From positions 57,009 through 121,008 of IMG/VR virus record IMGVR_UViG_3300037067_007848: DNA of 64,000 bases; one strand, given 5' to 3'. The notes below the pieces were generated by a model, which worked only from the letters and a program-made list of their open reading frames with translations, had not been told where the DNA came from and did no database searches. Both the position numbers and the translations under genes were made by a program. Below, in pieces: positions 19,801-29,980 of this stretch (position 1 is its first letter; every line of letters starts with the position of its first letter). This DNA is from a virus. Its lineage: Duplodnaviria; Caudoviricetes.

Positions 19801-22081
19801 TAAGTAATTGTCTACCGCCCCTAGCCAATCCTCCTCCAATTTTTTGCATTGTACCACCCGACATTGACCGCCGATATTGATTTACTTTGGCAGTAATATT
19901 TGGTAGTTGACGTTCCAAAAATGTTGGTGTGGTTGGCCTACCGCCTGGACCATAAAAAGTTCCCTTGTCTCCCAATGCCGCAGCCATATTTTGCGGTAAT
20001 GGTTGTTGGTTTAACTTAAAAGAGGGTTGAAGCCCTTGCGAAACCCTAGATTCATTAATACCAATATTCCACGCTCTTTTTTCAGCTAAGCTTAAAGATT
20101 CTTTAGCACTAACATCCCCTATATTTTTTTGTCCCAATCTGGGTGTTTTAGAAATAACAACTTGGGATTGCCCTGGCTGAAATTGCTCCGCCCCTTGTAA
20201 TGAATATTCCTCTATCAAATTTTGTTCATTAAAATTTTCGGCAATATTTTTTGTAAATAATTTAGATATTTTAGAATATAGATTATTTATCTTTTGTTTA
20301 ATATTAAATTTTGGAATCTTTGCCTTAATTTTATCAATCAATGGGTCAGTTTCTAAGGCATATTCATCTCCGACTCCACCACCATGTTGAAAATGTAAAA
20401 TACCATTATTCAATCCCTCTAAATTATTTCGCCCAATTCGTTGTGCGGCTTTTTTATTTATTACAAATTCACCTGGGGTTAATATAGCGGGAACACTATC
20501 TTCATCGCCAGCCCCAGGAATTATACCTCCGTTAGCCTTTGCAATTGGTCTATTTTTTCCAAGTAATGCAGGAATAAATCCAGGAATGGCTTGGCTAATA
20601 GCACCAGCTATTTTAAACCCACCAATCATGGCAATATATGGCAAAATCGACTTCATGGAATCAGCCAATGAAATAAAAGCATTGGCCAATCCAAGAACAT
20701 AAGTCATCATTTGTTTAAAAGTATCAGTCTTACTTAAATCACGAATTAAGGCTAAAAATCGTTCATGTGTTTTTGTTATTTGGACAGTCCATGATTCTTG
20801 TGCCCGTTTATTAACTTCATCTAATTGTGCCGATCCACTTTTTGCAATATTTAATGCCTTTTGACGTTCTTCAGCCTGAAATAACAAAGGAAGTAAACGC
20901 CCAATTTGCCTGTACCCGCCCAAGTCTTCTGCCAATTGAAATAGCCGCACATCCCCTGTTGGTATTTTTTTTACCGCCTCAGAAATTTTCTCAATAGCCT
21001 CATATGCACCAATAAATCTACCTTTGGCGTCCAAAACATCAACCCCTAATTGTTTAAGAGAACTAATATTTTGTGGGCGTTCTAGGCGAGCAAAAATAGT
21101 CTTCATGGCCGTCGCAATACTTTCGGCACTTTCACGGGTGGTTGATCGAACTGACGTAAACAAAGCCATGAATTGATTTAACGCTTCACTTCCCGTAACA
21201 ACGCCCTTAGACATTACCGAAAATGTTCCGCCCGCAATTCTAATTGCATCAATTAAATCGGAAGATTCTACGGCAGTTGCGGCAGCCAGAGCATGCATCG
21301 AACTTAATGCCCCATTTACTCCATTCGCCCCTATTCCAAACTGTCGCATTAAAGCAATGGTCCCCTCCATAGTATTATTTATATTGTCGAAGGCGGGAGC
21401 GTTTAACGTCTTGGCCAAAGCCTCCATTACCACCTGCGTATCCCGTGAACTTAAACCTGCCTGAACTAATTTATTGGACACCTCTAACAATTTATCAGAA
21501 GAAACGCCCAGGCTAGTTGAAAGACGTGTAATTTCATCGCCCAAATCTTTATAGGTGGATGTCACACTACCCCCCGTTAATTGGGATAATTTTACCATAT
21601 GATCTTGGAATGTAACGGCCGATTTCGTAGCCTCTTTTAGCATATTTAACGGCGTAAGAATTAAACTCGACCCAATCATCCAGGCCGAGAATTTACGTAA
21701 TGCAAACCCCGCAACCCGCCCATATTCTTCCATTTCCTGTTTAAGGGTTGTAATTTGAACTTTTTGTTGGGCGGCAAGCTTTGTTCCTTGACTAAACTGA
21801 TTATTTACCTGTGATAAATTAATACCCCCAATAGCCGTTTTTAATCCATTTAATGAATTGGAAATATTACGAATATTGATCTGGGTAAGATTTAATGTTG
21901 AGTTAAAAGTTTGAAAAGAAGAATTAAGTCCGTTAATACTTTGTTGGGCACCTGGGGAAACCTTCAAATTAACATTGGCCGTAATACCATTGAGCGATTG
22001 TTGTATACTACTGACAATGGGTTTAATATTTGTCGGGGCTGCCAAGACAACCTGTGCCGAAAAATCAAATCTTTTAGCCAA
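16802..22081 (-). CDS. tail tape measure protein
   Basis: TP901-like TMP core, ANGGIIPGAGDEDSVPAILTPGEFV motif, Gly/Ala hydrophobic segment and coiled coils. Likely TTG start at 22081 after a GGGGA RBS. Confidence 0.92.
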   Translation of the reverse strand: MAKRFDFSAQVVLAAPTNIKPIVSSIQQSLNGITANVNLKVSPGAQQSINGLNSSFQTFNSTLNLTQINIRNISNSLNGLKTAIGGINLSQVNNQFSQGTKLAAQQKVQITTLKQEMEEYGRVAGFALRKFSAWMIGSSLILTPLNMLKEATKSAVTFQDHMVKLSQLTGGSVTSTYKDLGDEITRLSTSLGVSSDKLLEVSNKLVQAGLSSRDTQVVMEALAKTLNAPAFDNINNTMEGTIALMRQFGIGANGVNGALSSMHALAAATAVESSDLIDAIRIAGGTFSVMSKGVVTGSEALNQFMALFTSVRSTTRESAESIATAMKTIFARLERPQNISSLKQLGVDVLDAKGRFIGAYEAIEKISEAVKKIPTGDVRLFQLAEDLGGYRQIGRLLPLLFQAEERQKALNIAKSGSAQLDEVNKRAQESWTVQITKTHERFLALIRDLSKTDTFKQMMTYVLGLANAFISLADSMKSILPYIAMIGGFKIAGAISQAIPGFIPALLGKNRPIAKANGGIIPGAGDEDSVPAILTPGEFVINKKAAQRIGRNNLEGLNNGILHFQHGGGVGDEYALETDPLIDKIKAKIPKFNIKQKINNLYSKISKLFTKNIAENFNEQNLIEEYSLQGAEQFQPGQSQVVISKTPRLGQKNIGDVSAKESLSLAEKRAWNIGINESRVSQGLQPSFKLNQQPLPQNMAAALGDKGTFYGPGGRPTTPTFLERQLPNITAKVNQYRRSMSGGTMQKIGGGLARGGRQLLKSPTGLMIGGMVADQMIGETPTGAAVSQGLGMAGMGAYMGSLIAPGVGTAIGGGLGAAYGALSGYSQKSTQIEQDRLAKSRVSAEQQLVRSTDAVTHAFNQLGKGGSVNDFIQTLNAAKLNIANVEKSRVAEKRAEAKLGDLTFTSTAQEKLSQEYYKLGGGKEKVEDEGGYRGILNSIIGVGLNVLGRPFGQEVSGESLWKPGTGPAEQYKIKRQATQNILAEELQELQGPATAAKSFFDNLLEQQGTSAKDIAAKPEYASGVSMYARYFGTGTDRKNILAARETKGEDSEEVRKLEQQAFINSRKIVDETTLKFKNLSNELAKSEVAFSKMAIETEKTTAKLEGIGNIGAQSRNLLQSMLSGSTGAAGTIPITNVFANQNAYSANQLKGAGESIFGGATLGTQSAFGIGKIKESRADIEAKIMGVSGETTESTQSAIMTVLDPYLKNLPENLRRQATAGIEKQFVSRDQSEQVYTGQNFVEKGGVSSIIEDLTKKLEPQEKLLLETVNKINEAMERRNSLIKQEHTQILKINDLRVRQSEFKATQPFALQSILKPGIPLSVGEATAGVSARRGELGRQFGLGFGESENIGAVGMRMGGLRSRAEQYNQQIGTIQSQLEARPGDQGLINKLTEANNGLNGVLREISSGNQLINDLKTDSTKQTAILGELNNLQKRREEGQKTVLDIATMSPEEQLKLARQLSVTQKFQESGQVPLTLQGRRDLKSGMKFMQGTGGLEPGKDLESQTGFVRGRYKDVGFVPAVGGWGERTMSLPGQDKRSDKLIKQFEKDQGLQRGAVGLEMGIAQIDQTEIAKNVAIIAQEIQKTLQEASGGNNPVIPTTINKTPGMLGGLGASIANVGGSTLQAMKNLPFVSSLFENEVKPSPLVNPFGAALPKNTIPANQIGTGGPNQTQNLGTFESFANSIDKLSTLNIPSTIELTANLTHTHNVVGTDSIGKAVVEEVKGYIESYLAAQLGKVVNPNTGETSAFQPTNPLKGTK

Positions 22082-22098
22082 TTTATTATCCCCTATAT

Positions 22099-22136
22099 AA
22101 AAATGTCCCGCCAAAATATTTTTTATTCGGGCGGGA
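22099..22136 (-). terminator. hairpin plus U-tract immediately upstream of the tape measure gene
   Basis: Minus strand reads TCCCGCCCGAATA-AAAAA-TATTTTGGCGGGA-CATTTTT. Confidence 0.5.
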
Positions 22137-22154
22137 ACAAACTATTAAAAACCC

Positions 22155-22997
22155 TTATTCAGCAATAGTATTCCCATCTTCGTCAATAAATGGCAACGAT
22201 TCTACAATATACTCACCATTTTCATCAACGGGATTCCCATATTTATCTACTTTATCACCATTGTCATTGATATAAAATCCCTTTTCGTCAATTAGTCGCC
22301 CATCTTTATCTATCAATTTTCCATCTTTATTAATTGCCCGTAGTTTATCATCAATAAATTTATATTTGAGTAAAAACTTATTTTCAGGTAAAGATTTCTC
22401 TAAATCATCGCCGATTGAATATAGCATGCCCGCGAATAATGAGGCGGCAGTAATACCAACATCGGTAGACCCACGTATTAGATAATCGTCAAGAGACTCA
22501 AAATATTGAATTTCCTTTTCTTGAATATTAACATAGACCAAACATTGAACCAACAACATATTAAAGTGGGCATTGTCGCCCTGCCCCTCAGCCGTCATAC
22601 TATCTAATGAACTGCGGTCGGCAAGCAAAGATTGTAATTTTCCGCGAACTTCTTTCATAGATATGGCAACCTCTTTTGCCTTAACCAATGAAATTCCGCC
22701 CTTTTTCAAAATTCGCTCTTTTTCAAGCAAGTCTTTTGATAAGTCGTTATATTGTTTTTCGCGTTCGTCGTCCCATTCACCCCTATTACGTAGGAGAGTA
22801 TTTATCTGTTGGCGTAATGGAGCCTTGGCCAAAACCGACTCAAAAAACACTTCATTTCTGGCTTTTAGGGCTTTTTTATAATGTTCGACGGTAGGGGAAC
22901 AAAGTTTAAATAGAATTTCGCCATCATAATCCTCGGCGAATCCCAACTTAACAAGTTCTTCTTTAGAAAGTTTTTTTCTGAATTCTTTAATCTGCAT
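22155..22997 (-). CDS. tail assembly chaperone (putative)
   Basis: Charged helical protein directly upstream of TMP. C-terminal DKDGxLID repeats. Confidence 0.5.
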   Translation of the reverse strand: MQIKEFRKKLSKEELVKLGFAEDYDGEILFKLCSPTVEHYKKALKARNEVFFESVLAKAPLRQQINTLLRNRGEWDDEREKQYNDLSKDLLEKERILKKGGISLVKAKEVAISMKEVRGKLQSLLADRSSLDSMTAEGQGDNAHFNMLLVQCLVYVNIQEKEIQYFESLDDYLIRGSTDVGITAASLFAGMLYSIGDDLEKSLPENKFLLKYKFIDDKLRAINKDGKLIDKDGRLIDEKGFYINDNGDKVDKYGNPVDENGEYIVESLPFIDEDGNTIAE

Positions 22998-23003
22998 TTT
23001 CCT

Positions 23004-23363
23004 TTAATCCTTTTTTTTAACAATAAAATCTATTTGATATACGTCTTCTTCTATATTATATTTTGATATTTCGTCAATCGCCGCCCTAGATTGTGTATTC
23101 CCGTGATTTAATATATCGGACCTTAAACACTCCCAAATTTCCAACATATTTTTTTGTTGTTTAGACAATTCGGGGTATTCGCTTTCATATCCCCATAAAT
23201 CCCCAAAATGTTTTTCACATCTGGCCAAAATACCGATAATGGCCGTTTCAAATCTTTTTTCTATAATTTTTTGTAATTTTCTCTTCGCCCCAAAAGCTCG
23301 CCGTTCCTTATTCACCCTTTTCATATTTTCGCACGTTCGGTGCATTTCCCCATAATTCTCCAT
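23004..23363 (-). CDS. hypothetical protein (tail assembly cluster)
   Basis: AGGAG RBS; lies within the operon. Confidence 0.55.
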   Translation of the reverse strand: MENYGEMHRTCENMKRVNKERRAFGAKRKLQKIIEKRFETAIIGILARCEKHFGDLWGYESEYPELSKQQKNMLEIWECLRSDILNHGNTQSRAAIDEISKYNIEEDVYQIDFIVKKKD

Positions 23364-23364
23364 T

Positions 23365-24366
23365 TTATCTCCTTAGATTTTCCGCAACTTGGTTCATTAT
23401 ATCCATTTGTTTATCAGGAAGTTGACTTTCTTTAATCAACCCTAATCTTTGTATCATATTGTTTCTATTGTTTTTTATCATTTTACCCTCTAAAGTATTC
23501 ATATCGTCAATTCGCTCAATATCTGCCTGACTATATGCGGGTAAAAATATTTCATTCCCCTGAACATTTGGACCTGTTAAGGTCTCGTTTTTTTGTGCCT
23601 TTTGTTTATCTTTTTGTATTAAAAACCATCCGTCTAGGGCATCATCATCCTGAATAATTGCCTCTACGGGAGATTCGGGGTGTTCTAAAACATTATCATA
23701 CATTTGACTATATAAAATCAAATTTCTTTGTTCTACACTTAAATATACACCATTTTTACCAAAAACATCTTCTTTTGATGTTCTCCAATAAGAAGACCAA
23801 TCCGAATGTTTTGCCACCTCTCGGATTTTTTGGTGGGACAATTCATTTTTGGTGTAAATTACATGTAATCTTTGTATTTTTTTGAAAGGAAAATTATAAA
23901 AATTGTTAATGAGCCGCCCCTTACGATTATGGACAACTTGGGTTAACTCATATTGTTTTGCCACAATATCAACAAATCCGCCCAATGTTAAATAATCGAG
24001 CGAATGAAGCCGCCCATATAAATACGCCTTTCGATCATTTAATTCTTGTAGTTCTGCCCTAAATATTTCCCGCTCTCTAAAATTAAAAAAAGATTTACAT
24101 ATGTCTATTTTGGAATTATTAATTTTTTTGTCAATTCCCGCAAATTCATGGGCCAAATCATCATTCCAAATCCCGTTATATTTTAATAAATCTAAACACT
24201 GCCCTATATTCAACCAATTATTATATTTATTTTCACTATATATTTTTTGGGCAAATCGTTCTACTTTATAAAGAGAGTGAATTGTTGGTAAAACAAATAT
24301 CAAATCTTTATAATAAAATTTGCCCTCGGCAATACGTCCGATTGTCCTTAAAATGTCGTCCTGCAT
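23365..24366 (-). CDS. tail assembly chaperone-like protein (putative)
   Basis: HPESPVEAIIQDDDALDGW motif; lies before TMP. Confidence 0.45.
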   Translation of the reverse strand: MQDDILRTIGRIAEGKFYYKDLIFVLPTIHSLYKVERFAQKIYSENKYNNWLNIGQCLDLLKYNGIWNDDLAHEFAGIDKKINNSKIDICKSFFNFREREIFRAELQELNDRKAYLYGRLHSLDYLTLGGFVDIVAKQYELTQVVHNRKGRLINNFYNFPFKKIQRLHVIYTKNELSHQKIREVAKHSDWSSYWRTSKEDVFGKNGVYLSVEQRNLILYSQMYDNVLEHPESPVEAIIQDDDALDGWFLIQKDKQKAQKNETLTGPNVQGNEIFLPAYSQADIERIDDMNTLEGKMIKNNRNNMIQRLGLIKESQLPDKQMDIMNQVAENLRR

Positions 24367-27113
24367 TATATCTGAATTGCTAGTGTATTAGTAAGATCGC
24401 CTGTAATTATTGTCTCGCGGTCCCCAGTATTAGAAACAACCAATTGATATTTATATACTTTGCCTTCTTTTGTTAATTGGGCTGTTTCGGCGGATAATAA
24501 TTCAACATCTACCCTTTGAGTGGCAGTTGCAGAGGTCACAACCCCAGTTTTGGATAATATTAAAGCATTATTACAAGTGGCAATGTATAAATTAACATCG
24601 GAAGATGTAATATCGCCGCCCGTTCCCCATGTACCTGCCTCATTAGTCCAATATAATGATCGCCCATTAGCAATTGTATAATCATCGCCCTGTATGATAC
24701 CAATATCTAAATCGTCGGATACTGGTGAAATTGCGGTAACAGGCCCAGTTACAATAAGGCCAATTTTTGTTGCTATATTACTTAATTTACCAAATAACCA
24801 TCCAGCAGTATTTTCGGCATATGAGGCGGGTACAGTAGTAGACCTAGGATCTCCAGCTGACCCCGCAGACAATAGAGTTTTACCTACTGTGCCAGTTGTA
24901 TCGTGAATACCAACCCCAAGTGCTGAATCTAAAACGCCAGTCACCACATCATTAACAGTTAATGAGGATGATAATAAAGAAACATTGGCCAAAACCCCCG
25001 TTGAATATATTCCTGTGTAATTTGAGGCATTGACAATATATGTCTGTGCCGTTGAAATATCGGACTGTGTAGCCCATCCCGTTGGAGATGCATACCATAA
25101 TCCCGTTCCCGCCGCCGATAATTGGGTTTGTTGTTCACTGGTTAAATAATTATCTGGTAGATTTGTTGTAAATACACCCGTTGCTGTTACCCAATTTGCA
25201 TCTCCATGAGCCTCGATTGTGGATAATCTGGTATAAAAATCGCCCGTTATCTCGGCAGTTGGAGAATTATACCATGTTCCTGTAGAAGCCGCGTATAATT
25301 GGGCCTGTTCGTTTGTGGATAAATAATCAACGGGAAGATTGTTAGCACTAAACGACGTTGGCAATGTTGCACCATTCCATCCCGTTATATTGACATTTTC
25401 ATCTGCTACAATACTTGGGAAAGTTATACCTGAAATACCTCCCATTGATTGATCTATTCCAAATCTAGCAATTTGTGTTACAATTCCGCCACTTGCCTCA
25501 AATGCTGAAATTCCAGAAATTGGCCCAAAATTACCACGCACGGTTATATCTCCGCCACTACAAGACGGGTCTATTAAAACACGCCCCATCCCATCTATTT
25601 TTGCCGCGTTAGAAGTCGCCATATTTTTAAGCATAACGGCCCCATGATAATTTCTTAAACCCAAACTTGCACCAGACTGAAAAATAAATGTTGGAACACT
25701 TCCTTCTCCAGGTATATAATCTGTAGATGTGGCGACGGTTATATCTTTACCACTTTGAATAGCAATATCATTAGTTAAAAGACATTCGTGCAAAATACAT
25801 CCTGGCAACAAACACCCATTGATAACACATGATTGAAAATCGGCATCATCTAAATATCCAGTTCCAGAAATTAGAGCACAATTTTCAAATCTAGTCCCTT
25901 CAATATTTTGTTCATTTAGATTGATAATTCCTTTGCCAATAAATCTCCAATAATTATGACTATTAGTTAATGTAATATCAGAATATGGGTGTAAATAAAA
26001 TCTTTTTACCCCAAGATTCGTAGCTAATGTATAAGCATCATTATAATTATTTACTGGATTGACTATTGTGCCATTTGTTCCTAATAATGTTCCACTTGCC
26101 CCATGAATCGTATCAATTGTAATACCACCTTCATATACAACGGTTAATAATTTTGTATAAACGGCATCTGCTATATCTGCCGCCGTTGCACTAGCCGTTG
26201 CAATATCAATAACACATTGATCTATATATAATCTATCTCCAATTGTCACCGATGGAGATTGAAATCCTATATTAACCAATCCTTCAGTATTTTGATGAGA
26301 GGATAAAAGTGTAAAATTATAGCTTTGGTTTATTGTGGCATTATTCATTCTGGTAACTGAATCGGATAACTGATCCCATGTCGATCCACCCCAATTGTAG
26401 GCATAAATATTACAATAACGGGCTGGTCCTGAATTAAAATGCCCACGAATTGTCACACTGTTTACCACTTGTGTATCACTAAGCCCAAACTGCAAATATG
26501 TATTTAATCCATTGCCACTTAACGCAACTAAAGATGGGGCGACAGTATAATATGCACCATTATTTAAATATGTATTGGTATAATCACCACCCACAATTGA
26601 CCCTGTAACCAAAATATTGCCAGTGGCCGTTGCCGATGACGCTACACTTGCTACGATGGTAGATTTAATAGCCGCAATATCGGCAGAAATACTAGTTGTA
26701 GTTGGTGCCCCAATCCTAGAATAAATATCATTGACGGAAATTTGAGTTGCGGCAGTTTTTGCCAAATCGTAATCGGACGTTAAGGTTGAAATATTACATC
26801 CAACAATTGTTTCTGGTGCTGAAACGCGAAAAGACGTTGCGACACATTTTCCAGACACTCCACTAACCACCGCATTAACAACAACGGAATAATATTTTCC
26901 AATGTCAAACCCATTCCCAGAAGAGGTCGTAAATGATCCGCGATAATTCCCAATCAATCCTGTTCTTTGGGTTAAAAGTCCCGTCACAATACCAATGTCT
27001 ATTCCTTCTTCAAAAATATCATAAGTTGGAGCAGAATCAGTATTAGAAATACCCCCAAGATTATTATTGGTAATTATATCAAAATATGTTTCTTCATTTA
27101 ACGGAATATTCAT
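24366..27113 (-). CDS. virion structural / fibre protein
   Basis: S/T/G-rich with a beta-helix-like middle. C-terminal IIQGDDY...VELLSAETAQL...YKYQL...ITGDL resembles a BppU-type domain. Confidence 0.55.
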   Translation of the reverse strand: MNIPLNEETYFDIITNNNLGGISNTDSAPTYDIFEEGIDIGIVTGLLTQRTGLIGNYRGSFTTSSGNGFDIGKYYSVVVNAVVSGVSGKCVATSFRVSAPETIVGCNISTLTSDYDLAKTAATQISVNDIYSRIGAPTTTSISADIAAIKSTIVASVASSATATGNILVTGSIVGGDYTNTYLNNGAYYTVAPSLVALSGNGLNTYLQFGLSDTQVVNSVTIRGHFNSGPARYCNIYAYNWGGSTWDQLSDSVTRMNNATINQSYNFTLLSSHQNTEGLVNIGFQSPSVTIGDRLYIDQCVIDIATASATAADIADAVYTKLLTVVYEGGITIDTIHGASGTLLGTNGTIVNPVNNYNDAYTLATNLGVKRFYLHPYSDITLTNSHNYWRFIGKGIINLNEQNIEGTRFENCALISGTGYLDDADFQSCVINGCLLPGCILHECLLTNDIAIQSGKDITVATSTDYIPGEGSVPTFIFQSGASLGLRNYHGAVMLKNMATSNAAKIDGMGRVLIDPSCSGGDITVRGNFGPISGISAFEASGGIVTQIARFGIDQSMGGISGITFPSIVADENVNITGWNGATLPTSFSANNLPVDYLSTNEQAQLYAASTGTWYNSPTAEITGDFYTRLSTIEAHGDANWVTATGVFTTNLPDNYLTSEQQTQLSAAGTGLWYASPTGWATQSDISTAQTYIVNASNYTGIYSTGVLANVSLLSSSLTVNDVVTGVLDSALGVGIHDTTGTVGKTLLSAGSAGDPRSTTVPASYAENTAGWLFGKLSNIATKIGLIVTGPVTAISPVSDDLDIGIIQGDDYTIANGRSLYWTNEAGTWGTGGDITSSDVNLYIATCNNALILSKTGVVTSATATQRVDVELLSAETAQLTKEGKVYKYQLVVSNTGDRETIITGDLTNTLAIQI

Positions 27114-27964
27114 TATATAACACCCCTAACAATATTAGAGTTTTTTTTCGTATTAAAAATTGCACTTTGAAAAATAGAATATTTTTTTATATTTATAATG
27201 GGAAAATATTTCCTTTTTGGAGATAATATTAAATTATTTAACATTGGATCAAAAGGATTGGACAACGATTTAATTTCTTCTAATAATAAAACTCTATTAA
27301 AAACCATACAATCTGCTATATAACAATTGCTATAAATTGGATCGGTAGATTTCCCAGAAAAAAATGTTGTACCTTGATATGTCATATCTGACGGAACAAT
27401 TGTATTAGAAGATAATGTTTCAGAAGTCCCATCGACAAATAATCGAAATGGATTTGTTAATGTTGCGTCATATGTTGCCACAAGATGATGATAATGACCA
27501 TCATATATTGATGTTGTCCCTACAGCATAACGAGCACTTGGACCTGAAGCTACTTGTAATTTACCATTAGATGAATATCCATAAAGCACAAACCCATAAT
27601 AAGGATTAGTAGTTGAACGTCCATCATAAGCAAAACAATAATATCCACTAGTACACTTCATAAAAATAGAAATTGTAAATTTAGATAATCCGAATGTCTT
27701 GTTTATTGCACTTATATAATCATTTGCTCCGTCGAAATTTAAAATCCATCTATTTATTTCTGGATTAAAGCTCCATTTATCAATTGGAGTATCATTTGCT
27801 GTTGTAAATCCAAATAAATTGCCATTTTGACAAAATATTGACGAATCATTATAAATATCAGACACAGGATAATTTCCCAAACCAGCAAATAGAATATCCT
27901 TATATAAAAAATGATTTTTATTCAATCTAAAACTATATGGGCGACTTAAAATTTTCTTCTTCAT
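27113..27964 (-). CDS. LamG / concanavalin A-like lectin domain protein
   Basis: LNFDGANDYI...FTISIF...YHHLVATYD...LFVDG...IADCMVFNRVL..EEI. Confidence 0.85.
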   Translation of the reverse strand: MKKKILSRPYSFRLNKNHFLYKDILFAGLGNYPVSDIYNDSSIFCQNGNLFGFTTANDTPIDKWSFNPEINRWILNFDGANDYISAINKTFGLSKFTISIFMKCTSGYYCFAYDGRSTTNPYYGFVLYGYSSNGKLQVASGPSARYAVGTTSIYDGHYHHLVATYDATLTNPFRLFVDGTSETLSSNTIVPSDMTYQGTTFFSGKSTDPIYSNCYIADCMVFNRVLLLEEIKSLSNPFDPMLNNLILSPKRKYFPIINIKKYSIFQSAIFNTKKNSNIVRGVI

Positions 27965-28434
27965 TATCCAATAATCTCGCCATGTCGCCCATAAACTAAT
28001 GTTGTTAATAATACACCCGAGGCACTTTTTGTTGTTCCATTATAATGTTCAACACGATATTTATAAGGAAGAACAGGAACATCTTTAATTGTCCATTTTT
28101 GTACGCCCGTACTCGCTAATACACCATGACTATCCACCAACGCATTTGCATTTGGGGCTGGACTTGCTGCCGCCGCCCCAGTATTTGTGCCTGGAATTCC
28201 ATCTTCATAGTTAGTCCCATTCATGGCGTATAAAATATAAGTATTAACTGGTGCCCCAGCCACTGGTGTTAATGCTAGGGCCAATTGAATGTCAATATCT
28301 ATGGTTTCATCTCGGTAAACTGAATTGTCAGTTTCCGCTCCGGCAAAATGACATAGGGTATTTAATATTTGCCCGGTCACACTGGCTGACTCCCTAAAAG
28401 TTCCTGTCGAAGATTGCGTATAATAAGTCGTCAT
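27964..28434 (-). CDS. virion beta-sandwich protein (paralog of 38844-39356)
   Basis: PVAGAPVNTY...YNGT pattern shared with 38844-39356. Confidence 0.5.
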   Translation of the reverse strand: MTTYYTQSSTGTFRESASVTGQILNTLCHFAGAETDNSVYRDETIDIDIQLALALTPVAGAPVNTYILYAMNGTNYEDGIPGTNTGAAAASPAPNANALVDSHGVLASTGVQKWTIKDVPVLPYKYRVEHYNGTTKSASGVLLTTLVYGRHGEIIG

Positions 28435-28905
28435 CTATATATTCTCCGTTGATTGCTGTCGTGCTGTAATAATTTGGCCTGGAGAAACAAATCCATATTT
28501 GCTAGTCGCTATTGGTTGAAACGAATTAGTATAATTTTGTATTTTTTCGACCATCCCAGTCGGTCCATTGGCCGTACATAGCCCACTTACAAATGATAAA
28601 AATGTCGGTGATGTTAAATCTAATCCGCCTCCACGCCCATAGTCATCTCCTGGAATTTTTAACATATCTACCATATCACTTATTAAATAGCCCGTTTCGC
28701 CCGTTACTAAATTCTCAATAATTCCCCTTAATGCGTTATATTCATCTTCAGTTGAAATTTTGGCTAATGTGCGATATGACCCAAAAACACTTTTGGGGTT
28801 TTCAACCATTATATTATTAATAAATATTGCGGCTTCATCGGCAGATAATTCTGATAAAGCGTCTAATTCTGATTCAAATCCAAAATTTGTGTTGTAAATA
28901 GCCAT
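28435..28905 (-). CDS. hypothetical virion protein (paralog of 39356-39856)
   Basis: YRTLA and GLDLTS motifs. Has its own late promoter and RBS. Confidence 0.55.
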   Translation of the reverse strand: MAIYNTNFGFESELDALSELSADEAAIFINNIMVENPKSVFGSYRTLAKISTEDEYNALRGIIENLVTGETGYLISDMVDMLKIPGDDYGRGGGLDLTSPTFLSFVSGLCTANGPTGMVEKIQNYTNSFQPIATSKYGFVSPGQIITARQQSTENI

Positions 28906-28910
28906 ATAAT

Positions 28911-28929
28911 CTCCTATATATTATACACC
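28911..28929 (-). promoter_or_regulatory. late promoter motif plus RBS
   Basis: GGTGTATAATATATAGGAG, nearly identical to 39858-39876. Confidence 0.65.
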
Positions 28930-28934
28930 TTTTA

Positions 28935-29969
28935 TTAAATTACATATAAATAAGATATTACAACTGCACCCCCGGGATATTCAGTTTGATTGATGTATAC
29001 TCCAGTTGGATATTCAGTATTTGCCGACACTTCGTTTTCTTGTCTATAAAATTGTGTTAATGTATCATTGGATGAAATATACCAACTTCCCGTATCATCT
29101 GGATGAATAAAGCAATTTTGATTGGTATAAATATATCGTGGGAATTGTGAAACAGAATAGTTTGAATCGCCCGAATAATGATAACCGCCCAAAAATTCAC
29201 CTGAAAAATCACCAGTTACAACATAAAATGACGATAATAATTTTGATTTACCACAATAGGTTCGGGGATAATTTTTGAATATATTAGGATTTTTTGATAT
29301 TATTTTTATTTCATTAATATTTAAATCACGGTGCCAAATGCTAACATTTCTAATCCCTTGAACACTATCTTGCATATAATAATAATCAGTTGCTCCTGCG
29401 TCAGTTTGTCTACATCTCCCAATAGTTAAATTCCCTGAATATGTAATAACTTCATCTGCTTCGTATCCAACATATAAATATATAGCATCTATCTTATGGT
29501 CTGGTTTTTGATCGGTAGTTACTCCTCCTCCATATGTTAAATATAATCCAGTAATATTATTAAAAGTTATTGTAGTAGGGCGACTTGCATCATCCCATAT
29601 ATTAAACCAAAACATTTGTTCTTGTGCCGATAAGATTCCAGTCATATTTACAACATGTGTTGTCCCAGAAATTGACCCACTCCAAAATGGAGTTAAATAA
29701 CCAGGAAATGAAGCCGATGTTGTATTATCGGCATATCCCTCAATTCCTATATACAATTCTTTAATAGTATATCCGCTTGACCAAATAGGCAAAATACTTC
29801 CCGTTGGCAACCAACGAGTAGCATTTTGATAGTCATCATATACAAACCAAGTACCATAAGTATTATCTATATTATCATATGTTCCAGACCCGAACTTCCA
29901 ATTAGTCCCAGACCAATATTGATATGTCGTTCCGTTATACAATCCTGATGGAAATGTTTGTCCAGCCAT
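28935..29969 (-). CDS. virion protein carrying the C-terminal half of a LamG domain
   Basis: Internal GNLTIGR...GIRNVSIWHRDLNINEIKIISKNP. Confidence 0.55.
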   Translation of the reverse strand: MAGQTFPSGLYNGTTYQYWSGTNWKFGSGTYDNIDNTYGTWFVYDDYQNATRWLPTGSILPIWSSGYTIKELYIGIEGYADNTTSASFPGYLTPFWSGSISGTTHVVNMTGILSAQEQMFWFNIWDDASRPTTITFNNITGLYLTYGGGVTTDQKPDHKIDAIYLYVGYEADEVITYSGNLTIGRCRQTDAGATDYYYMQDSVQGIRNVSIWHRDLNINEIKIISKNPNIFKNYPRTYCGKSKLLSSFYVVTGDFSGEFLGGYHYSGDSNYSVSQFPRYIYTNQNCFIHPDDTGSWYISSNDTLTQFYRQENEVSANTEYPTGVYINQTEYPGGAVVISYLYVI

Positions 29970-29980
29970 GTGAATATTCC

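Noticed and set aside
22990-23025. A-AAA-AAG slippery site as a tail-chaperone frameshift
   Set aside because: The downstream ORF (22155-22997) is in the same frame and has its own AAGGA RBS, so a -1 shift would not fuse them.
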